Positions 17,251-26,300 of a stretch of 45,901 nt of DNA are shown here, one piece after another. The translations under genes were made by a program, and so were the position numbers. The DNA is from an uncultured virus (IMG/VR IMGVR_UViG_3300033753_000202) (taxonomy: Duplodnaviria; Heunggongvirae; Uroviricota; Caudoviricetes), in the IMG/VR virus record IMGVR_UViG_3300033753_000202. One strand, 5' to 3'. How positions within the stretch are numbered: the stretch's first letter is position 1; each line of letters starts with the position of its first letter. Under the pieces are notes generated by a model. That model did no database searches, had not been told where the DNA came from, and was given only the letters and a program-made list of their open reading frames with translations.

Positions 17251-18510
17251 GTGTCCTCTTTGAATGATAGGTTGCAGTGGATATTCACGCGCTTCAACTT
17301 TATTGAGGCGCAGGAGCAACGAGCGGAGCTTATCGACCGTTTGGAATCTGCGATCCTCGAATTGAATGAAGCCGCGCAACGTGGTGAAGAACTGGTGTCT
17401 GATGGGGTATATGACACGTTGAAGGATTATCTTCAGCAACTTCACCCGGACTCCCCGGTTCTCAAGACCGTTTGGTCGGCTGACGACCCGCAGGGGGTAT
17501 TCGATGCCGACCTTGATCGTTTCCTGAAGGTTTATCCGATGCTGTCCATCCAGACGGTCAAGTCTCTTTCGGACAAATGTGTGCAAACGTTCAAGGATGC
17601 ACTCCCGCCCGGTTTGCATACGTTTCATTTTGGCATTAAGCTCAACGGTCACGGCATCCGTGTCGTTTGGAAGGACGGGCATCTTGTTAAGGCAACTTCT
17701 CGCGGTCGTTCGACGGTCGGGAAAGATCTCACGCCGCAAATGCGGCTCATTTTGGGCGAGTACCATCCGACCTTAGCCCCTTACGGGTTGGTGGAAGCCC
17801 GCGCTGAGGCGGTTCTGCCGTTCTCCAATTTGGCGAAGGCGCGTTCGTTTAACCCGCAAATCAAGTCGGCATTTACGGCGGTCGCGTCCATGATTCGGGC
17901 TTCGGCTACGCCGGAGGAGACGCGTCTGTTGGACGTGGTGTTCTATGATATTCTTGCGGACGGGTTGCGCTTCGCCACGCTCACGGAGAAGTTCAATTTT
18001 CTCGCGTCTTTGGGGTTCAAGACCCCTTACTTCTTCACCATGCAGTCCTCGGTGCGTGATCTGGACATGACCATCAACACCGCTCTCCAGAAAGCGGCGC
18101 AAGAGACGCAAGGTTATCCCTATTACACTGACGGTTTGGTTCTTACGGTCGACGACCTTTCTGTCTTTGCCGCGATGGGGCAGGAGGAATCGTTCCGTTA
18201 CGGAAACCTTGCCTTGAAGCTCGGGAAGTGGAAGCAGGAAAATTACAGCGGTACCATCTCCCGTATTAAGTGGGAGAAAGGTAAGTCCAAACTCACTCCG
18301 GTCGCTGTTCTTGAAGGTGATGGGGTACTCACCGCTACGGGCAACAAAGTGGTGAACGTACCGCTCTATGCTCCGGTTTATATTCTGCTTTTGGAGGCGT
18401 ATCCGGGCAACACGATTCATTTCAAGTACGGTGGAGAGGCAGGGGTAATCCCTCTCACCCCGGAAGGACATCTCGTCACCGAGTTGGAGCTTGCCGACAC
18501 GTATCTTTGA
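17251..18510 (+). CDS. ligA: NAD-dependent DNA ligase-like protein (Ia, adenylation and OB domains only)
   Basis: 'VSDGVYDTL', 'YPMLSI', motif I 'IKLNG', 'ATSRGRSTVGKDLT', 'EARAEAV', motif IV 'TDGLVL', 'LALK' and 'LTPVAVL'. No Zn-finger, HhH or BRCT domains. Confidence 0.8.
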   Translation: MSSLNDRLQWIFTRFNFIEAQEQRAELIDRLESAILELNEAAQRGEELVSDGVYDTLKDYLQQLHPDSPVLKTVWSADDPQGVFDADLDRFLKVYPMLSIQTVKSLSDKCVQTFKDALPPGLHTFHFGIKLNGHGIRVVWKDGHLVKATSRGRSTVGKDLTPQMRLILGEYHPTLAPYGLVEARAEAVLPFSNLAKARSFNPQIKSAFTAVASMIRASATPEETRLLDVVFYDILADGLRFATLTEKFNFLASLGFKTPYFFTMQSSVRDLDMTINTALQKAAQETQGYPYYTDGLVLTVDDLSVFAAMGQEESFRYGNLALKLGKWKQENYSGTISRIKWEKGKSKLTPVAVLEGDGVLTATGNKVVNVPLYAPVYILLLEAYPGNTIHFKYGGEAGVIPLTPEGHLVTELELADTYL

Positions 18511-18541
18511 TATCTGTATCGCTGAAAGGAGGGTGTAACCG

Positions 18542-19336
18542 ATGGCGAATTTCTCCACTCTGCTTGATGCGGAAGGGCATTTTGCCGATCTCTCGGTCTA
18601 CACCCTCCGCGAGCAAATCAACTTCCTTCGGGACTTTCGAGGTACCAGCGATCATACTTTAACTGCCTACCGTTCATTGGATGAGGTTCCTTTTGGTACG
18701 GTTCCGGTCGGTTCCATTGACTTTGTGGAGGCGGTTCTGAAGCGTGACCACGGCATTGAGCGAGTTCCTCCGCTTCAACTTCCGTACCCGTTAACAGTAC
18801 CGAAAATGGCGATTCGCCGGGTGTTCACAATCACGGGGGTATCGGAAATCCCTAAAGGGGATTGGTTCGTGAAGCCGCTTGAGCGATATAAAGGCAACCC
18901 ACCTTTCCGTTCTAAGGGGGAAATTACCCTTTCGGGGAAATATTTCATCTCTGAGTACGTGGACTTTGAAGCGGAGTGGCGAGTTTTCGTTTTTCGCGAT
19001 GAAATCCTTGGGGTACGTCAATATTTGGGGGACTACGACAGGCACTTCAATTCAGATCGCTTGAAAACCTTTGTTCGTGTTCTCGAAGAGTACCGTCGTG
19101 CTTCTTACGCCGCTGTTCGCATCCCGATAGCTTACACGCTCGACATTGGTTTGATGCGGTATAAAGGTCGAACATTCACCGTTCCGGTGGAGATGCATCA
19201 CTTTTATAGTTGCGGTTTGTATGGTTTTGGGCATACCTCGCTCCCGTCGATGTATTCGGCTACCTATTATGAGTTGGTTCGTACTTTTTCAACCAGCGAT
19301 AAATCGCGGGATTTCCTTTCCCGGACAATCGTCTAA
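18542..19336 (+). CDS. ATP-grasp domain protein (DUF4343/R2K-like)
   Basis: 'PVGSIDFV', 'WFVKP', 'ISEYVDFEAEWRVFV', 'AYTLDIG' and 'VEMHHFYSCGLYG'. Confidence 0.8.
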   Translation: MANFSTLLDAEGHFADLSVYTLREQINFLRDFRGTSDHTLTAYRSLDEVPFGTVPVGSIDFVEAVLKRDHGIERVPPLQLPYPLTVPKMAIRRVFTITGVSEIPKGDWFVKPLERYKGNPPFRSKGEITLSGKYFISEYVDFEAEWRVFVFRDEILGVRQYLGDYDRHFNSDRLKTFVRVLEEYRRASYAAVRIPIAYTLDIGLMRYKGRTFTVPVEMHHFYSCGLYGFGHTSLPSMYSATYYELVRTFSTSDKSRDFLSRTIV

Positions 19337-19473
19337 TGAAGGCGATTGTCCTTTTCTTTCCTGTTGGAAGCATCTTATTCCCTGTTACCGGAAATTTTTC
19401 GGCTCTTTCAGACTTTATTTCCGTACTGTTGAGTGAGGAGTATTTTATACACTACGGGCACAGGGGTGTTCTT

Positions 19474-20061
19474 ATGGATCTTTCGTTGTTGCAACCACTT
19501 TTGCAAGATCTTCCTGCACCTGTGCAGGAAGAGATTTACTATCGCGTTAAACGTGAAGTCTCTGCCCTGAGTTATGTTTGCGCACCCCTTCAACAATTGA
19601 ATCTTTTTCTGATCTTCAAAAATACCGGAGGGTTCGGATTCTTCAAAACTTTGAATGGAAGCATAATTCAGGACATGTTGGATGACTCTTACGTTTCCAG
19701 TCGCGAGTTGTTGGGTTTGAATGCGTGGAATCTGCGGAGCGCTTTTAAGCTCTCGTTCCCCAATAACATTCTTCGGATTCAGCCGTTGTCTTTCAAGGAA
19801 CTTAATCGAACCTTGATGCAGGTCGAGAATCCGGTCAAACTCAAATATCTTGTGCGCACGGAGGATTTGAATTATCCGGTCGTACTTACCTTTGACCGCG
19901 ATATTCTGTCCGGCTTGTCGTATCGGGAGTATTTGGGTTGTTTGACCGAGGCTTACAAAAGTAAGCGGGCGGAACCTGTCGATCCTGACACCAAGTTAGT
20001 TTTCACAGTGGTGGGGTATTCGAATCGGGATGAAGCTGAACTCGACCATGAAGCAGGTTAG
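19474..20061 (+). CDS. Hypothetical protein
   Basis: ORF 19336..20061; the AGGGGTG RBS favours the ATG at 19474, but the start is uncertain. Confidence 0.6.
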   Translation: MDLSLLQPLLQDLPAPVQEEIYYRVKREVSALSYVCAPLQQLNLFLIFKNTGGFGFFKTLNGSIIQDMLDDSYVSSRELLGLNAWNLRSAFKLSFPNNILRIQPLSFKELNRTLMQVENPVKLKYLVRTEDLNYPVVLTFDRDILSGLSYREYLGCLTEAYKSKRAEPVDPDTKLVFTVVGYSNRDEAELDHEAG

Positions 20062-20064
20062 GGG

Positions 20065-20322
20065 GTGGTATGTGTGGTTAAGACTCGAATTACCCTGACG
20101 GATCGGCTGAACGAGTTATTGGAGGAAGCGGATAAGCATTCCGAGCAGGAAGGGGGTACTTACCGCCCCCAGAAAGAAGTTTCCACGGAGTTCTCGGACA
20201 GTATGTCGTCGCTTCTAGAAGCTCAATTAACGCCTAAAGTTCCGTCGCGAAAACCTTGGTTTTCGCGTTTCTTTAGACGTAAGAAAGGAGGAATTTCGGA
20301 TGAGTCCACAGTACAGCCTTAA
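20065..20322 (+). CDS. Small hypothetical protein with a basic/aromatic C-terminal helix
   Basis: Fills the gap before the giant gene; 'KPWFSRFFRRKK' near the C-terminus. Confidence 0.55.
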   Translation: MVCVVKTRITLTDRLNELLEEADKHSEQEGGTYRPQKEVSTEFSDSMSSLLEAQLTPKVPSRKPWFSRFFRRKKGGISDESTVQP

Positions 20323-23300
20323 GACCCGTATCTTCGCATACTTGATGGTGTTTGTCATGTTCTTCTCGTCCTTCTTTCAAATGGCGGACATCGCTCATGC
20401 GGACGTTACGACGGGTAGTACGGGAAGTATTTCTTCAACCGGTGCTACCACCGGGTTGAGTGGTGGTATTAAGCACATCGACTACCTGACATTCCGGGTC
20501 GGTGTTGTGCGGGACGAGGGTCTTCGCAACCCGCAGGATGGGGTATATGTGGAAATGCGTAAGACTTTTTCGCATCGCTTCCCGAAGAATAAAAATGGGA
20601 TTTTCATGGTTGCCGATGCCGTGAAAGGGTTGTATAGCAACGGTAATTATGAGATCGCGTGGTATAACTCTGGGCAGAAGAAGCTGGAGACGGCGAATTC
20701 ACCGGAGGCTAAGGCACGCGTGGTCTTTCTACAAACGTCTACGTGGGGTACGCCTTACAACACCGGACGCGATTCATCCCTTAACGGGTGGTCGTTTACG
20801 GGGAATGCAAATTATGCGGAGTTAGTAAAAAGTGGAGAGTGGAAGAAAAAGGCGGATGAAACCACACGAGAGCATGCTCTTGCGATCTGGTCGTATATCC
20901 TTGCTCCTACTGGTGGGAACTCGGATATGCGGACTTATGATATTAAGAATCGCGCTGATAAGTTCATTTCCCCGAATGCAAGCAAGAAATATACTGATAT
21001 GACTGAGGAGGAGAAAGAGGAAGTTTTTCGCGGTTTCCTCGGTCTACTTTTTGCTGGTCGCGCTCTGACTAATCCGGGAACCCCCGAACGGCAAGAGTGG
21101 GATAGTGCCATCGAGGATGCGATGCGCTACGGTAATTTGGAGGGCGGCGGTCTTCCGGTTTCCATCGTCATTGATACTGCCCTCACGGTAAGTTACACTG
21201 GGGGTAAGATGACGATTATTCCAAGTTTGGATTACTTCATGTTTTATACGTCGATCAACTCTCGTTGGGATTTGTACAACACGACGAAGTTGGATGATTC
21301 GGTTGCCGGAAATACGCATAAGATGCTGGACTACATCGTTGATAAGACGATTGAGGATGAAGGGTCTAACCAGTATCGCATTTCAAACGCTTACGATGAA
21401 AATAACCCCTTCTCTCACGGTTCATCGGCTATCGCGTATCCGGGTATGTATTACAGTACTTCCGCTAAGTCCTCGGGTACTTGGAAGCCAACTAGTTCTA
21501 ATGTTGGCGCGATGGACGCTCTGATTTTTGGTACGAATCCAAATGGTTCCGGGAACATCCTTGGTTTTATCGCGATAAGTGCAAAAGCTCTTGATAAGCC
21601 CAAGGAGGATATTACGTTAAAGCCAGATTGTCCGGAAGATCCTTCTAAGTGTCCACCTCCGAAAGGTGCAAAGGTTCGTTTGACTATTCCTTCTGAGTAT
21701 AAGGCACCTTATCGGGTAGGGCGTTCGGAAACGATTGGGGTACCTACTCCATTGGAGTTGACGCACGATCCAAGTGCGGTTGAAATGATCGCGGCGTGGA
21801 AAGAGCAGTTTGTCAATAATCAGCAAATGGTTATTGTTAAGATTACGGAAGCTCGTCGGTCTAGTACACCGAAACCTGATGGTAAGGCTAACCTTGATCG
21901 AGGTGCAGGTAACGGGTTTGGGTTGGACTCGAATTGGTTCATTGAGTGGCTTGAAGGGAAACATGTCCTTAAAACACAAGATATCGCAACAATCAACGAT
22001 ACCATCGAGCCTAACAAAACTCGTCGTTTTGATTATGTGCTGGCTTTGACTTTCTACTATACGGATCGTACTGGACAAAAGCAAGAGTACACATATTACA
22101 CGAACAGTGACTACGCTGAGTATATCCGCGACCCTGACCCACCAAAGGTTGATCCAATCATTTACACGTCTTCACCTTCTGCTTATGCGGAGTTTAAGGA
22201 TAATCAACCTGACCAAGAACAGTGGGACGCTATGTCTGGTGTACCTTCCAACAAGCGCTTGTATGTAGGTGTTGGGGGTAGTGAGTTTATCGTCGATATT
22301 CAACTTGAATATAAGGAAGATGTCGATTCGGTATGGCGGACGTATCGCTCCTACTTCACGGGTGGGGTACCTGATGAGTTTAAGGAAGGGGATACGGCAA
22401 AACCGTTTACCCTTGGTGGTTATACGGTAGACCCACATAATGGCGGTGTGTACACTAAGACTTGGACTGGTACCATTCCGAATAAAGCGAAGCCGAAGAC
22501 TCAGACTGGCTCTGGTAACCTTACGGTTGTAGTTCCGGCTGAGCCTGATATGACGGAGTATAATCGGGCAAAGCAGGAAGCTCAGGCGTATATCAACGAG
22601 GTTAATGCACATACGCAGACTCATACCTCTGCTAGTGATAAGGTCACTCGTTCAAAGACGGGTTGGAACGCACGGATTACTACAGATAATCCGAATCCAC
22701 CGAAAGATGCGTCTAACTCGGGAAGTTGTTGGAAACCACTACCTAAAGGCGGAAGTGCACCTTGTTCCGTAACGGTTACTACGAATCCTTCCCCTGATGG
22801 GAACTTTACGATTACGGTGACTTTTGAAGTTCCAGCGCACTATTTGTGCGGACCGAACTGTCTGCATATTCTTCCGGGTGTTGAAGACACTTGGAAGCAA
22901 AAAGTAACCTTCGACTATATGAAGATTTTGAAGGTCGAGGTTTATAAGATTCAGGAAGGTCGCATTACCCAAGTGAAGAATCTGCTTGGGGATAACAATG
23001 ACACCTTGAAGGCAACGATTCGTCAAGGTGATCCGACGATCTTCTACAACATCGCAGAGCAGAATGCGAATGGTGATGATGTCGCGGCGCAGTCTAGTAA
23101 GCATGGACGCATCCGGTATTCACTTGACTGGAATCAGCATGACACCGTTGTGTACAATGAAGGACCGAGGTCGAATAAGTCCGATGGTATGGGAGACAAC
23201 GGTAACCCGAACTCACCTACTAAGGGTGGGCATACGAATAAGTGGGCGACTGGTATTCTCTATAACAACACGAAGTACACCACGGAGGAGAACTACCATC

Positions 23301-26300
23301 GCAGTCGAGGCGGGGTAAATACAGGTTACTCCTCATTTGCGGATGACGTCGACGTTAAAACGCCTGAATGGAAGAAATTCGATGCGCGTCGGAGAGCCAA
23401 GAACGTCGCAACCATCATTTCTGACATGTTGATTTTGCAAACGTCCTCCGGCGACCAAGCGGTTATTTACTTTGAGAAGGATTCCACGCCGAAGGAAGCT
23501 CAACAGCAGTTCGATCCTGTTAAGGCAACCAAAGAGGAAATGTGGGATAACAACCCGAACTCGGCGGCTAAGTGGGAAGTGAACCAAATTTATGTTGGTT
23601 CCTACAATGGTAAATTCATGCTGACGGGTACTGGTGCGAATAATAACAAGAAGTATTGGGGTCTGGATCAGACTACTGGTACGGTTTTGAATAACGCACC
23701 AACGGGTGAACGTCCTATCGCCACTAAGTTTGACAGTAATGGAGCCGGGGTAAATGCTTCGCGCACTCGTCCAGCGCGTCCGAGCAAGCTCTATATTTGG
23801 AACAGTGCTGATATTATTCCGACTACCCAAAACGGTTTGTATACGACAGGTGACGCCGATGTCTTTTATAAGCGAATTTTGAGCTGGGAGTCGAAGAATA
23901 CGGAGCAGGAACTCAAAATTTCGACTTATAGAGCAAAAGCGCAACCGGACTACGGTAATCAACTTGGGGTAGTTGTGAAAGCTCCATATTCGGACATGCA
24001 CTCGAAGGTCAATGATGTGGTCATTCATACGCCTGTCGCGGTCGAAAATGCGATGATTATCTCGCTCCCGGATTTGCGTGACCAGCGTGTTGAACTTCCT
24101 CCGGGTAGCGCGGCGAATCTTATCGCAGAACGTGCGGCGTTGGAAGTCTGTCCTCTTGACCCAGAGCTTTGTGAGTTCCGGGTGTTGAACTGTCGTTATC
24201 ATTTGGACGAAGAGTTGGCACGTTTCGATTTCACCAATACTAATGGTACTCAACTCATGAACTTGACGAAAGGTGCATATATCAACACCTTCCGCACCGG
24301 AACGGTAAGTATCGTTTCAGGTTCGAATGGTCTGGGTTCTGGTAATGCGATGCGAATCACTGGGCAACGTCTCTCCTTCAACCTTGCGGATTTGGGGGTA
24401 ACGAACCTCAATAAAGACGTTGTTTCGGTTGAGATGGACATTAAGATTCCTTCGGTAAGTAGTAAGGGTCGTATGTTGGTTTCCTTTGACGGTTACACCT
24501 TGTGGATTCCGGCGAATCAGAAGTATCTCTCACTCTCCACAGGTAAGGGTGCGGATATTACCTTTGGGGATGTACCGCATGATAATACCGTCTTCAAACT
24601 TCGCGTTGATATGAGTTTAGGTAGCGCGAAGGATACGCGAGTTTGGGTAAATGGTTCTGAGCGCACGGCGACGTTGAAGGCTGAACCGAACCCTCTGACG
24701 AACCGGATTGGGTCGCGTCTCCATATCGGTACTTGGGGCGCAAACGAAAACTATGAAGCGAACTTCACGTTCGATAACCTCAAGATCGTGAAGAAGGGCG
24801 GCACCGATCATCATACCGAGGCTTGCTATATCTATACGCAGGCTCATGATCAGCAGTACACACATACTCACACCACTGAATGTTGGGGTGTAGTGAACGG
24901 GGTAACGACGCTGATCTGCAACAACTATCCGCTCAATACCCTGTCGCAGAACAACGTTCACGTTCATGACGCAAACTGTATCCATTATGCGTATATCAAT
25001 TCCATCATTCAAAAAGCGGTGGAAGAGCATAATGCGAACTTGACGCGTGAGTGGACGTTCAACTACACGGGTAACAGTCAAGTCTTCACGGCTCCGCGTT
25101 CTGGTACTTATCTCCTTGAGGTTTGGGGCGCTCAGGGTGGTGGTTCGCGTGGCGGTAAGGGTGGTTACTCGAAAGGTAAGATTAATCTGTCTGCAGGTCA
25201 AAAGCTGTACGTCTATGTTGGGGGTACCACTAGCGATAAAAACGGTGGCTGGAACGGCGGTGGTAGCACTGGCGGTGTGGCTTACGGTGGTGGCGGCGGT
25301 ACCGACATGAGGCTCGGTGGAACTGGACTCGAACATCGGATTATCGTTGCTGGCGGCGGCGGTGGCGCTCAAGCGGGCTACGGTGGTTACGGTGGCGGTA
25401 TGTCTGGCGGTGACGGGGAAGACCGTTACGGTGATCCGGGTCGTGGCGGTACGCAAAGCAGTGGTGGTATTGGTGGCGGACAGTGGGGTTCGCTTGGTAA
25501 AGGCGGTAATGGTACAACGGGTTCCGACGGAAACTATGGCGGTGCTGGCGGCGGTGGTTACTACGGTGGAGGCGGTGCAAACTCCGACCATTCGTTGGTT
25601 GACGACTCTGGCGGCGGTGGCGGCTCTGGTTATATTGGTGGGGTAACCGAAGGGCAAACCATCGCAGGCAACCAAACGATGCCCGCTCCGAGTGGTGGAA
25701 CGCAAACGGGGCATTCTGGTCACGGTTTTGCCCGAATCATCTTGGAAGGTGGCTCCAGTGGCGGTACAGAAGTTCCAGCTACCGATCCGGTGAAGAACTT
25801 CAGCTATACGGGCAGTGTCCAAACCTACACGGCTCCGGCAACGGGTAAGTATCAACTGGAGGTTTGGGGCGCTCAAGGTGGCGGCTCGGCGGCTGGTAAG
25901 GGTGGTTATGCGAAGGGTGAAATTTACCTGACGAAGGGACAAACCATCCATATCTATGTTGGCGGTCAAGGTTCTCGCGGTACGGGCACGAATGGTGTCC
26001 TTGCCGGAGGTTGGAACGGTGGCGGTGATGTCGTATCACCGTATGCGGACGGTAACAACTCGTCGGGCGGTGGCGCTACGGATATTCGCGTTGGGGGTAC
26101 GAACCTCTCTAATCGTGTGATCGTTGCGGGCGGCGGTGGCGGTGTTGTAACGCCGATGACAGCTACTCCGCATGGCGGCGGTACTTCAGGTTTGGCGGGT
26201 ACGCATAACTCGACGGTGACAGGCACTGGCGGTACGCAAACGGGCGGCGGCACAGGCAACTATGGAAATGGTGAGCTTGGAAAAGGTGCTAACGGTTCGA

